In this document: positions 39,578 through 54,500 of the stretch, piece after piece
Layout of the letters: every line of letters begins with the position of its first letter
Position numbering within the stretch: the first letter of the stretch is position 1
From: Balanoglossus misakiensis
Taxonomy: Eukaryota; Animalia; Hemichordata
Assembly: GCA_040954595.2 (NCBI GenBank)
Contig: CM082581.2
Span: forward strand, 10,911,099-10,975,098
Length of the DNA: 64,000 bases
Reading direction: 5' to 3'
Notes under the pieces: model-generated
Told to the model about the DNA's origin: nothing
Databases searched by the model: none
The model's input: the letters and a program-made list of their open reading frames with translations, nothing else
Translations under genes and position numbers: made by a program

Positions 39578-42500
39578 ATGGCGGACGTAATGAAGCTAGA
39601 TTTTTTCTTGGCTAAGTCAAAATTTAGGAGTGTAGAAGTAGGATGGAAGAAATTTTTCGCGGGTCTCTTAATTTTTCACACAGTTTTAAATATTGCTCAC
39701 GTAAGTGGCTGTTCAAATGACTCGGAATGCCACCGTGGGACTTGTGTAGACGAAGATTGTGTGTGCGATCAGGGATGGACTGGTGAAGACTGTAGTCATT
39801 GCGGAGGCAGAGTGAAGTAAGTCGTAGAACTAGTCATGTACAGTACTAGTATACTGTAAACAACGTAACGTGTGAACCGAACCGGTGTAACTTATCATCT
39901 GCCGGTGTGATAGTGTTAGTAAAATTTTAAAAAAACTGAAAATAACCGGTGTTTTCGTGCTCCTCTGCAATGTTTGTGTTGTCAACATTTGTGGGATGCA
40001 ATGATTCAATTGATTGGTCGTCATCACAGACACGACTCACTGATCTAGCTCGTATGTCGTCATAAAATCGCGTTTAGTTAAAAGATTTAATCCGTAGGTG
40101 TATTAAAAAAAGGTGTGAGTTTATTTTCTTTAACATAAACGAGTGGTACCAACTGTCACTTCGTCATATTAATGTGACCTGGGCGAGTACACATTGAACT
40201 CTGTATTATAATACAGACACTTCCGGCTTTGTCATGGCACAAGCATCGTCACAAGTGGAACAAAACAAACCATTAACCCGACCCCACAGGGATGTATTGT
40301 CATGTTAATTATTGACTTGTCTCACACTTTTAAGGGGTCACAAAACCATCCTTAAATGTAAACAAATAATACTCCATAATTGAAAGTAAACAACTCATTT
40401 AAAGGGGCCATGTCACCAGGGAAACATTCAAAGGACTATTATTATTATTACTTCCCTGATGTGGGTTGTAAATATTTGTGGGCTAAAAAGACTGAGCAAG
40501 ACGTACTTTCATGGCAATGTAAAATGATTGTGTTGTGGTCGCTGTGATGCCAGTGCACACTAGCCCAGAGACCAGGGCGTCGAAAAGAGATCGACGCCCT
40601 GGTCTCCGGGCTAAGTACACACTCGTGCACCAAACATTAACATACAGAAATGTTATGTTTTCTGGTCAAAAGTCATGCTCTGAACTAACCACGCCAATAA
40701 AAGTCAGTCAGCGAGAAGCACCTGTGTGATGAATTACGTATTACACAATGTCTGTGTCGAACTCACTTGATACGATAATATATCACGTTGCTGTTGCTTC
40801 AAGAAATATTGAGACTCTTGCCATAAATAACTTTGTTGATCATTTTGTAAGCCAGTGTCCATTTGTATACACGTATTGTGTTTGCAAGCCTGCATACCAG
40901 GATTGCTTGGTGTGTGGAACATCTCTCACACAATAACAAGACAAAGTGGGTATAATGACAAGCAACCATAACAGATGGCATTCCTTTGGTTTGATCTTAT
41001 ATACGATATTTGTTCATGCAGTAAGTATGCCTTGGGGCTCAGGCGATACCGATTCAAAACTAATAACCAGATAGTCAGTAGTATTTTCCTGGCCTACGTG
41101 TACTTTAGGTTCTTCTGTCTACCAATGCTTTTGAGTGACCTCATTGGAGTGAGAAATTGCTTTATGCAACTGGTTCGGGGACAAATTATTGATTATCAAT
41201 AGTGAATAAAGCATAGAAAATGTGTGTTTTCGAGAACATGTAGGTTTATTGAAACCTCAGGCCTCTCTTGAGAATATTCCTCGTTCAGCCAATCCCTAAT
41301 TGCAGGTCCTTTCTGGAGCTGGCTTTTTATGCCAGTGTCTCTTAATGCTATCTAATCCTAAATTAACCCCTACTTTCTCAATTAAATTTACTGATTCATT
41401 CAACCTCAAGCCATCATCAGAATATTGCAATCACAGAATTCTGCCTTGATCGTGAGGTGATGACACATTTTGATTGATTTTTAAACAATGGTTAATTAGA
41501 GACTTCTCATTGGTAGTGATTTCCTCGCTCCCGGACCCCCTGTGAATAAATTGCTAAAAGATTCGAAAGATGTTACATCCTGTCCTAATAGGTACTCAAG
41601 CAGAAGAACCATCAAATTCATATAAAAATGTCATTAAGGGCCATCATTGACCCAGACTGTGTGTTAAATCAACTTCGTTACTTATGGTTAGGTGTGAACA
41701 AATGTATTCATATGAATCATGACATTTGGGACATGAAATGATATCTACCTGACCCAGTGTTCATTGAACCTGAAACTTATCATTTTCGTCATTTGCATGT
41801 AAATTATTATTTTTCTGAAGAGCCTGGTGGGAGATCCTCACAAAACGAGCCATTTAAATGGAAAATATCTAGTAGTTTCAAGGGATCTGATAAACGACTT
41901 TTCTCGCTCCCAAATTACCCCCTTTGCAGGTGTGTTACGTATCAAGGTCACCAAGATTTTGACATACAGGACCTTAATATTTTAAAAGCAAGAGATGACA
42001 TGAAACCCTTAATAATCAGTTGACTGAAATTTTCAAATGAACCCTGCGGTTTATATTCTGATCTGTTGAACTGTGGAAGAGTAAAATATAAACATGATGT
42101 CATGTACATTTCAACGAACATGATTTCATATAACATTTCAACAGCTTTTCAGTATTAATTAAAAATGTATTGTCAGAAACATTAATGCACATATATCATG
42201 CTTCAGTGTTGGTAACTGCAGACCTGTGTGTGGAATTTTTCATAACATCGAAAAAATACTCAATTGACGAGAACAATATTCCCAATATAATAAAAATATG
42301 CAGACCAGTAGCTCTCATTTGGGAGTAATTGAAAACCTTGGTACAAATATCTCAATCTTGGAAAAGTCTATGCAATGCCTATAAATACAAAGCTGACATG
42401 TGTATAGGGTATTTATGAGACTGTTTTATGAGATTAAATTGTATAGCATGACAATAATTTGATGTGCAAATTATGTAAAGACAGATTAAACATTTATTGA

Positions 42501-45500
42501 AAGTTTCATCAAATATCCCTGGGCAAATTGTTAAATTCCTATAGTCATTCAATCGGTTGTACAAATATTTTTATTTCACAATGGTATGCCGAATATATCT
42601 GTAGCACAGAAAAACATTCCATGCCTGCAAGTGTAGCAGAACATGTGTTGTCTTGTAGCTTTGCTAAGAAAATGGCATAATTGTCATTTTAGTAGGCTCA
42701 TTACAGTTGTGACTGAGACTGCTTTTACTTGTAAGTTGAATGTGAAGTATTTCTATAAACGTTATATACACAGCTCTTGTGTGGTCAGCTGAATATTAAA
42801 CTGAAGAATGTTGTGTTGTGTTAGTGCATTTACGTACATTGTTTTAAATACCTATAGTAATATTTGTGGGACTTCACCAGTGATAGTATACTGATTCTGC
42901 TAATGACTGGATATGTTGTATTTTGCTTTTCAGTGAGGTTAATTTGATTTTATATTGTCATTTCTCCAGTGTGTTGACTCCTTGCAGTATTTTACAATTC
43001 AGTTTGTTGGCTTGGTAAATCTTGAAGAAAAAAATAAACGCATGTTCAATTTTGAGCGACCTTTTAAAATAATCTTGGAAATGTGACTTTTAACCCAGGC
43101 TTTGATTTAGTGCCAAATTGCAGATGACTGATAAGAAAGTGAATCAGTAAATGCTTTATTTTTAGACTGAAAAAAGTGTCCCCTGAGGCTTCGTGATAGC
43201 TTGGTATCTGTCTTTTCTTGTCTTTTTGTGTCTTTTCAGCAAAGCCCTAAAGGACAGAATAGATCCCTGGCAAGGCTCATGATATCATCGTATACAACTT
43301 GTACAGTACAATTAAATTGCCAGTATTCTCTCCAGAGCAGATAAATAAATCCTCTTTTAGAAATAATTATTTATGCAAAGTAGCTGTCATGCCATCAAAA
43401 AATGTCCCAGGAGAACAGCCATGCATATAGGTATAGGGTGTGTCAACCCACAGATACTCAAGAACTTGATTTTTCTTGAGGTATGTACATGTATGGTCAA
43501 ATACATGTAGACATTGATAGTAGATGTATGGAAATCGACGCAAAATTTGATTTATGTATTATGTGGGCTTTTCAACTCAACACTTATTCAATTGTCAAAT
43601 TATGTATGTGACTAATGATATTGTTTGCCAGTTTGCCAAGGAACAGTAAGCCTGCATGTAATTACTATGACTACATGGGTAATTATTTTCATAAATGGGG
43701 CTTGCAGCCAGGGCAAATCATTGTCAAACCTAAAGATGAGTCTCTGTATCATTTAGTGGTCAAGCACACAGTTGCCAAGGGCAACACTTGAACACAGGGA
43801 GCGCAGGGAGTTTTGTGACGAGTTCCGTGGACAAGTGATACCGCGGTTCGTGTTCCATGTACGCTCTCACCAGGAGAGAGCAGTCATCAATATGCCAAGC
43901 ATGACTTCAGTGCGACTATATAGAAAAGAAATCAGGGGTAAAAATGGTAATGTAATTGCCATCACTGTACCACAGTCACGTTTATCTCTGTTGGAAGATA
44001 TCTCTCAAGTACTGTGTCGTGTACATCAGCACATGAGTGCATGGTCTTTGAAAGTGACTCTAGCAGAAAATACCATAATTGTTTGGGCCTTGTGAGAAAG
44101 CAAATTTTAATTATATATGCATGTCTAATGTATTTAATTAAAAACATACTGCAGCAAAAGTCTTGTTTGAATCTGGAATTTATTTTTGCGGAATGGTTAT
44201 CTTATTGTGGCTGGGTAATTTTGTGCATTAACATCTTTGCTACTTGAAAATTGTATGCAAGTTTCAAGTCACACACACACACACGCGTGTACACCCACAT
44301 ACATACCCACATACACCATACACAGGCATTGAAATGAAAATCATATCGTCATGGTTTGTACAAAGTCATTATGCAGGAAGCTGAAATTTGGTTTTCTGAC
44401 AGTTGTCAACTGCTAACCGCTAACATTGCGTGCGAGTACAGTTAGCGTGTTGCCATGCATACACATCCATCCATGTGAAATGCTCTTTAACCTATATAAT
44501 CAGGAATGAGCGAAAACTGCTGCACTGTCATTCTGCTCTTTTAAGCGCAGCAAACATGCAGCTGTCTTTTTTATGGGTAGATGTTTGAATTGCAGAATAC
44601 AGTAGCTAGGCGTGTTCTGAATTTAGAGATGTCGGGAATTGACTGGGTTACGTCCAAGTGAACGCATCCTCTATGTGTGCAACAAACAATTGGTTTGGTT
44701 GCTGTGTATGTTTTGAAATGAATCTTTCATGTTTTAATATCTGAACCATGTGGAATTAGCATAGAATATCATCTTTTGATACTGATATCTTCACTCAGAA
44801 ATCAAAATCAGATTTTCATTTGCCAGGAATTAATCACCCACTTTTGGAACAAATATTCCGTCGCAGGTTGGTGGTGTACATTTAATACCTGTAGTGCGAC
44901 TGCTGTGTTTTTGTCGGTTCACTGAGTCATCTGTGTGTGGGGTTCAGGTTGTGATGACAAAAAAATATTGGAATGAGTCCCTCGCCGTTGAATAAATTAT
45001 TATTGTTCAGACATTCTGTCTGTCGTGCTTATGAATTATCAATAGAATTGAACAAGGGGACTCGAGGCAGTCAGTGAGTCGCCATGGTAATGTAATATAG
45101 TAACACTGCTGAACTGCTGAATGTAGTTTTAGACTCTTGGGGGGGGGGGGGGAAGATTCATATCAAGTTTTTTGTTTGTGTATATCACTTCAGAGTTTCA
45201 CTGCTACTGACCATAGGTAGTTTGTGTTTCATAAAGAAATACCCAAAAGACATCATTATGTTCCCAGTCTTCATTTTATCATGATCAATTACTGGAATCG
45301 TGGTTGACTGATCCCAGTGGAACTGTAAATTTCCAGGGATCAGTAGAAAAAAACACTCTGCAAGATGTGATCTGGAAATTTCAGAGCTGCAGTAATTGTA
45401 CATGTATTGTACAGTTGTACACTTTTTGTGATTGATAATATTAGAAACAGTATATAAATGGACGTTAACGTTCAGTTTACTATTTTGCTTGATTTCAGGC

Positions 45501-48500
45501 TAGACTCACCTACAGGCTATATTATTGACAGCGTGGACGGTTATAAAGAAAAACATTCATGTACCTGGCTTATAGTTACTGAAGAGTAAGTATTTATACT
45601 GGTATATTCCTGGAAGCTTTTTTTCAAACCTAGTTCTAGTATATAGGGCAGAATAATACACCTGTATGATCTTCTTTTATCACACGTTGGAGCAAATAGT
45701 ATTAAAAAGATATAAAACCCGAGTATCTGCCAAGGACATCAGGAAATGTCAATTTACCTCAGCTGTATGCGTGTTGGCACTTGTAAGAAGGTCAACATTA
45801 CCAGTTGTGTGAAGTGTGTCATTAAAGTCTGGAAACATTGCCCAGTGGCTATAGCTTGTAATTACTTGTGTCATTCAGCATCAAACAGCAGAACTCAGCA
45901 ACATTAGTGTTTTCGCTTCTAGGGCTTTTACAATCAAGGAAATAGGTCTGTCAGCTGGCTATACACTGTCTGTGTGTCGTTATCTCACTGAATGTTACAT
46001 AAAGAGTGGAAATCCTTGCACTTAATGTTTCATGCTTTTTTGGTTCTGTTAGATAATTTATCAGTGATTTAGAACTGGTGCTTTTTATTCACTGTGTGAT
46101 TTACCGCATACTAATTTCACATGGTTGAGGAAATAAAGTGCCGTATAATGTGTAAATAACATATGTTGGCAAATTGAGATCATCGATAGGAACAAGACCC
46201 TTTTCCAATTTCTGACTTTTCCAAATAACATATGGACATATAATTCCACACATTCACCGAGCCATTTTTTTGTTCACATGATATAAGGAGACATCTCAAA
46301 ACACTTAAAATCTAGAACATCTACTTAATCAAGTTAATGTCAAACTTAGACACACATGGCCACCCTTCCTTTGACAGCATTCCTAAACTGGAAATCAGTA
46401 TTTTGTTCCTATATGACAACAAATTCAATACATGACAGCTAAATTGCTAGATGATAGATTGAATACCACAAACTACATTGCTAATTTTAGACCACAACAT
46501 AAAAAGCAGGAACCCAAATTGTGAAAATGTACAATTTCACAACTGTGTGATGAAAAGTAACCATGATGTCAGCCGTTTAAAGCCTCCAGTTAATGACTGT
46601 TCACTTGCGAAAGAGAATTTATGATTATCACCATGTAACTTCATGAGACCAGGAAATTACAAGTCACATCAAAGCAGTCTTGTATGTGAAGTAATTCTCT
46701 GTGACCAATAGGGGCAGGCAGAGGAAAAACCGTGACAGCTCAATATTGCATTATACAAAGGCACTTTATTTCCTCAACAACATAAAAGTAGTGAACAGTA
46801 AATCTTGCATCGTACATATATTTTATGTTTTAATTACAGACCAGATGCATTTATCAGGTTAAGATTTGAACATTTCGAAACTGAATGTTGCTGGGATTAT
46901 TTAAATATCTACGATGGAGATGGTATGTTTTCACCCATGATAGCAGCGTATAGGTAAGCAGATGGCTTGTTCGAGTCAATGTGATGTTAGTGATCTGAAG
47001 TATTCAATGTTGCTGGTGGATTGTAAGATTACTATTATGGTTGACAGACATTACAGGAACTGAGTGTGTACCTGGATGCAACATGTTGACATACTGGTAC
47101 CCTGCATAATGACATTTGGATTGATTTGCTAAATTAGGCAGTCATGACAACTTCATCTTTTGTTTTCTAATTTAATGTACAGACTGGTAATGTACGAATT
47201 TTACTCTTTCTCAAATTTAGTGGTGTTGTGGTCCCGTATGAAGATGACGGCAGCCTCAACTCATCATCATCAAAGCCAGAGGTTACAACATCATCGGGTT
47301 ATGCATATCTCCATTTTTACAGCGACGCAGCCCTCACCATGGTTGGATTCAATATTTCATACAGGTAAGGGAGAAAATTGAATCAACTAAATATGCAAAA
47401 ACATTAAAGACTAAACTGCTGCATAATCTCAATATCCATGTGCAAGAATCTTGTACGATTGACTGATTCTTTACTATCAATCACGTGATCTGGCAATGCG
47501 TCCCATGGCGCAGTCATTTCCAGATGACGGGCAAGCAATATTTCGGCATCCAGTAAAAGTTTTTCCGAGTATGTTTTTACTTTAGAACCGCCAAACACAT
47601 AACATGTATCGGGTATGTTGCCTCATCAGCCTCATTGCATTTCGTCTGTGCAGTCTGCACCACGTAAGTCCACGTTGCTGAAGTTGCCCGTCATCTGGAA
47701 ATTTGAATGCGAACGTAACTGCCACCTGAACGCGTCTGACGTCATTTGATAGCGAAGAATCTAATCCCTGCCATTTTGTATTTCAGTGTGAACTCATGTC
47801 CAAGTAACTGCTCAGGGAACGGTGACTGTATAGACGCTGAGTGCGACTGCAATGGGGAGTGGAAGGGAGAAGCCTGCGATGTTCCAGTGTGTCCCAGTGA
47901 TTGTGGAGACCATGGTCACTGCGATTATGCCATGAAAGAATGTGAATGCACAGACAGTTACAAAGGTACTGTGAAAAACACTCCACTTTTGTCAAGTTTA
48001 AGATAATTGTAATAATACGCATCTTTATTGTAAGGTTCATAGGTCAAATGTATGGTTTTTAAAAGGCCAGTTAACTCTGCTTCATTTCTACTCTTTGTGA
48101 ATTTTTCACAGGTTATGAATGTGAGGTTTCGCCAACCAACGGGAGTTGGGCGGTTCTTGACGATGAGTTAACTCTTGGAAGAGCATCTCTTGCTGCCGTG
48201 GTGAAGAATGAATCGGTTCTGATTGTGGGTGGTTATCCGTTCACGTATCAAGATGCAGACTATGACTTTCTTGTACGGTAAGTTGATGGAAACGTCTTGT
48301 CTTGTCCTCTGGAAATGCAAGAATCATTGGAATGTTTCATCATTGTGTTGTTTTCGTTCAATGTATGGCAGGCAGAGCTTATCTTCTTACATACTCACAA
48401 CTCAGATGAAACGCCGCTGTTTTTTTTTTGATCATCCGCTCCATATCTATGGAATGCACATATGAAGATTTGGTATATTTTCCAAGATACAGTAAAGTTT

Positions 48501-51500
48501 GCGATGTTCAGTTCATTTTTACATGTAGTTTTTGATGCATACATGTACATCCCTAAAATATTTCCTTTTTTGTCTTTGGCATTCATATTTTTTTGTAGAT
48601 ATGATATAGATTCACAAGTGCACATGGCAGTTATTCCAGTTTCAGCAGAAGAGCCGATGATGAGATATGGTCATTCTGTGGTTCTTGACAGGGTAAGTCA
48701 TCTGTCATTGACAGACGTGATCATCTGAAGGCAGCAGGACCCCAGTACTACCCTTGTTGTAATTGTGAGCTTCCAGTCTGTGTGATAAGATATCCGCTTA
48801 TCAGGGCCAAATAATGTATTATGGAATTTAAAGCATCTGCAATTAATACAGCTTGTCTTCCGCCTAACCCCCCTACAATTCTGACAATATTTCAGGATCG
48901 AATCATAATGTACGGTGGAACAGTAATCGAATCCTCCTCCAGCCGAGTGGTCAACGAACTCTGGTTTTTCAACATCACAACTGAATCCTGGGAAGAGTCT
49001 CAGGAGGGTCAAGATTCCAGACCCAATCTGAATGGTCACACTGCACATCTGGTGGATGACAAGATGGTCGTGATATTCGGTTACAGCCCCAAGTATGGTT
49101 ACACCAACATGGTGCAAGAATATGATATAGGTGAGATTACTTATAGTTGAGCTCATGACCGTGGGCTGTCCTTTGGTCAGGTTCAAAGGTTCAATATACA
49201 GTAAAGGAATTAACGTGTCAGTGTGTTTGAGAGATATACTGCATTGAGAATTGCTGACCTGTTCCGTGGAATTATATATTACAGTAAGCGGACAGTGGTC
49301 TATTTTGAAAACGACTGGTATTAATGTGAACGGAGCATATGCCCACAGCAGTGTCTATGATGAAGACAACGGGATGATCTATGTGTATGGTGGATACAAA
49401 GCTACGGACGTCTCCAACAACTACCTCTCAGATGAACTCTACGCGTATACCCCAAATCAAAAACACTGGTAAGTGTTTAATAGCACAGGCATATTTCACA
49501 TCATTTGTACAAGTTCTACTCTCTTTTCGGATATATTTATTTCTGATATTCTGTTTATTCCACATCCATATTGTTACTGTGAGCTTTTGAGCTGCATCTC
49601 ATACCACAGTTTTCTCACCTCTGTTACAGGTCTGTCTTGGCTCCCAGCCAGGCCAGCTATGTATATTTACACAGTGCGGTGCTGATTGGTGGCATGATGT
49701 ACGTCTTTGGTGGGAATCCGCACAACGACACGTCTGAGAGCTCGGATAAGAAATGCTACTCCCCGGAACTGGCTGCCTATGACATACGTAAGTCCTGCAT
49801 GCAACCAGTTGGATGGCAGACATTTTTATTTGATGAAGGAGTGGAAGGTGGGATCAGTAAATGCATTGCTCTGTTGCCTGAACAAGATCCACAGGTAGAA
49901 AATTCATGGGTTTTCTGTGTGACAGAATCGTTATAATAGCATTAAGAATTCTCCCTTTTTCAGGATGTAACACATGGTCGCACCTTCCTTTAGAAAATGA
50001 AATCTACACCGATTTGAGCCGATTTGGACACACAGCTGTCACATACAATGACAAAATGTACATTCTGAGTGGCTTCGATGGTGGTATGTTACAGGATGTT
50101 CCAATCTACACACCAGGTGAGCCGTTGATTTTAGAATCTTATTGTTTTTATCCAACTCATTATTTTGCATTGAGAGAAATAGCGTAATTGTCCCTTTCTG
50201 CCGTTGCTTGGAATGGCTTTCCGTGCGTGCGAGGGATGACCTTTTAATTTGACCCAACTGCCTACTAAGTCGGGATGCTCTTAGCGTCACTTAGCATTCA
50301 ACACATGTCAAAGCACATGGCTCATTAGGCCTGAAGCCATTAGGAAGTGAAAGTGTCGCCTTTCTTGGGGCGAATTGACAGTCAAACTGTCATCGCAGTT
50401 CCGCTCGGAAGATGAATTCTGACTGGCGACAATCTTGTTTTCTGTGTCGGCTGCAACAGCAATTATTTTATGCAGCTGCTCTGGCTGTGTGCTGGTTCTT
50501 TATTCTAAGAGTCTATCCATAATTGCGTGACTATATTAACTCGATATCACAAAAAGAAGCAAGAAGGAAGGATAATGCCTATCAGGCAGTTCTTTGTTAA
50601 AAAGCCATTGAATGATATTACCTGCAGTATTTAAGCTCCTAATGCAGTGAATTTTCTACACAAACTCGTGCTGACCCAAATTTCTTGTCTTGATGACAGG
50701 TGACTGCACTGCATTCACAAATAAAGACGACTGTGTTGCTAGTAGTCCTGGTATCTCGTGTCTGTGGCTCTCATCGGAAGCCAAGTGTTACACCTACGCC
50801 AATAGTGATCCCAATGGCCTCCATGAGATCAAAGATTGCCCGGAACCCACAGGTAAGTTTTCATAATACGACTTCCATCAAAACTCAAAGAGAACTTAAA
50901 ATGTAAGATTTGATTCCAACAGTGTGTTATCGCTTTGATAACTTGCCGTAATGTTTTCTGCCATAATGTGTTACTGACCGCACTTGTTGTTCATGCCAAC
51001 AGATAACACCCAGTGTGAGGTACACGACGACTGCAACAGCTGCACCCTGACTTACGGCTGCAGCTGGTGTGGTGGCGACGAGCCGGAATGCTCGGCCAAC
51101 TGTGATTCGGATGTAAGTGATTGTTTATCTTAACATACTGATTGATTGATTGATTGATTGACTGATTGATTGATTAATTGGCTGAATGACTGACTGACGT
51201 ACAGAGAGAGGCAGGCTCAGACAGACTAAGTAACAAATATTGTCAGACACACACAAACGTATGATGTTTGAGAATGTTGCAGCAACATTGCAGATCATCA
51301 GTTTGACTTGCACATCATACTGCTCATCTGAATTACACTGCCGCAAGTAAATGTTAACCCATCTTGTCACTTTTCTTTCAGGCCAATGACGTTTGTACTG
51401 GTGACGACTTCCCCTGCAGAAAGTACTATACTTGTGATTCCTGTCAACTCAATGGTGAAGAGTGTCACTGGAATGGACTGGAGTGCAGAGAGAAAAGAAC

Positions 51501-54500
51501 AAGTCAGTTTTGTCATTTTTGTCGTCCTGTCTTTGCATGTTTTGCAATTTTGCTTAGAACAGCAGTTGACTCGACTATGAGGTAGCAGAGCATTGAGCCA
51601 GTGAGATTAATGGTTGTATGAAGTAACTTTCAGAATACCATGTGATTTGCATGCTCTTCTCTGACCACCTGTCATGCACATTTACATTTCTCCCGCAGAT
51701 GATCGCAACACCACGTGCGATGCGCCCTGTGCAGATCAGAGCGACTGTGAATCCTGCACGAAAGACGGCTGCATGTGGTGTTCCACCACGGAACGTTGTG
51801 TGGATAGAAATTCCTACGTGACCTCCTTTCCCTACGGCCAGTGCGTCTCCTGGTACAACAGTCAATTGACGTGCCCAGGTAAGAGTTCCACTTCTGTTGT
51901 TTTCTCTTTGAACTCTTAAGAATCAGTTGCTCTCATTGTCCAGTCTGTCATATGTATATTTGGACACTGATGTTCTAGTGCACTGCCATATGTACTCAAT
52001 GTAAAGGTACACGTATGTCATGTATACCCATAGAAGTCTACATTGTATGTTCCCTTCACTGCAATGTGTATTTAATAATCGTGTTCCCCCTCCTTGTGTA
52101 TTTGTTTGAGATTGAGGAAACAACTGAGTAGTTTCATTGAATGCTGACTTGTGTCTGACTTGCGTAACACCCTCGTTCTGCAGGAGATGGCTGCTCTCAC
52201 TATCAGACCTGTGAGGAATGCCACATGGATCCATTCTGCGGCTGGTGTGATGATGGCAGTAACACTGGACTTGGAGCCTGCATCGAAGGCTCCAACTCGG
52301 GGCCTCACGAAGATGTCTGCCCGGCCTGGTACTTCACCGACTGCCCAGGTAGTAGATGTCTGTGTTTCTCAACATAGAGGGCAATATATCCCATGATTTC
52401 AAACACCACTGTGACAGGCATTCCACGCGAACTAGCGTGGATATGGTATACTGGTGGTATTTGCTTTACAGTACGCGTCTCTCAAAGTATGATTTTGATG
52501 CAGAACGTTATCAGAGATATTTTGTTTTGTTCTAACTGTTGTGAGTTCGGTGTTTCTTTAAGTTTACGCAGTCAATCTTTTGAGTTTTGCTCATGCTCTC
52601 GTGTTGTGTACTCCCTCCCCTCTTGTCCTCTTATCCCCTCTCTCAGTTCTGTTTTTTACCGACTTTACGCCAATTGAGTTGATTATTTGTTTTTTCTCTG
52701 ATTGTTTTGTATTTTGTTCTTTTCTTTCCGTAGCCTGCCAATGTAATGGCCACAGTAATTGCACGAATGAGACCATATGTGAGAATTGTCAAGATAATAC
52801 CCAAGGTACAGCCATGATCAGTTTTGTGTTTCACTCCCCCCTCCCCCCCACCTCACAGCACTGTAGTATATTTGAGTTCATTGGTTTTGACTTTTGTTTA
52901 CTTGATGTACCCTCCTGCGCACTGCCTCCTCTTGGTGTTGTAAACAACCATGGCAAATCACGGTAGTTTTACATGTAAAAGCAAACCTTGCAGCCGCCTA
53001 GACTAAAAACGCTTTAATGCTTGGTGCTAGATGGCCGCTCAGCACTGCTGTTGGGTTGAAGGGGCCTAGTCTCACTGAAACAAGAGCTTCCCAAGATTTT
53101 TTTGTTGCAGCTTTGTGGTGATTCTGTAGAAGAAGGTAGTCTCACTGCTAACATTTTTTTCAACCCTCACAGCAACATCCTGACCAAGCCTTGCTAGTCC
53201 TGTAACGGCCGGGATCTGAACTTTGAACTCTTTGATATTATACACTCCAGGAACTTTAAAGTTTTATTAGCATGAAGACTTGCTATACTTACTTGATGAT
53301 GATTAAAGATTTGAGACGTTTGACAAATTATTCTGAGCAACAAGTGGCGGTATAGAAATGGTGTTTGTTTAGGGTGAAGGAAATCCCAAAATCTGAAAAA
53401 GAGGTAGTCCTGGCTGTTGATATCTTCTGAGTTCAAGTACATATCCTGGCTGTGAAACTTAGCACCATCCCTAGATTCCTTGGGGAAAAGAGGATCGTAG
53501 CAATCTGCTTCACTTTTTGTCGAAGACCACGAAAGTTGAAAAGATGTTATTGTGTATTGAACAATATGTGTGCGCACTGTTCAGAATCTAGGCATAAGCC
53601 TATCACCCCATCCCCCATTTTTAATGTAGGTACATCTCTTGCCATGTTTTACATCTCAGTGAGAACTTAATGAATTTTTCACCATTCGATGTACATCTAT
53701 CATGATTTTGTTGCAATACTAATTGAATGCTGCTGTCACGCCAATAATGACACATACAATACTGTCTCTACTGAAAATGATGAGACTCATTCATATTTTA
53801 GCCTCATTAACCTTTACATTTTCTATGCCTCACTAAAACGTTCATAATTCACCAAGGAATGTAATGAAATATGTCCAGACTAGACAATGTCTTTGGCATG
53901 CTGCAGGTCAACCAGAATAGTCTGTCATCAACACCATAGGGCCCCCTTCCTATGTGCATAACAGAAGGTACATCAAAGCAAACCACAGTGCACACTCTGC
54001 CTGGAAAATCACAATTTCCTTTTTCCGCGGCAGGTGACCAGTGCCAGGAATGCTCACCGGGATACTACGGAAATCCGCAGAACGGCGGCGAGTGCCAGCA
54101 GTGCTTCTGTAACGGCCACTCGGAGTATTGCGACAACGAGACGGGCCAGTGTTCGTGCACAACCAAGGGCATCATTGGGAAGGAGTGCGACAGGCAAGTT
54201 CTTCTCCAGTTTTCTTCCCACGCAGGTCAAATCAAACACCAGTGAATCAGAAACTCACCCTTCCATGCCTGTCCATATCTCAGACAAGTCAATGTCGGCA
54301 ATATTCTATCATGTCTAAAGGTTTTCCTCATGTTCCTAAGTTAGCAATCCAATGGCATGTATACTTATTAGACACTTTTTATTTGTTTCTCAACAGGTGT
54401 GACGAAGACAGAAAGTACTATGGAGACCCTACCAACGGAACTTGCTATTGTAAGTAACGATCATGTCTTGGCTATATGTAGAAACTTTCTTTTATCATGG

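Noticed and set aside
39817-45498. Nested gene in the 5.7-kb first intron of attractin
   Set aside because: Only short ORFs without motifs or a coherent exon chain
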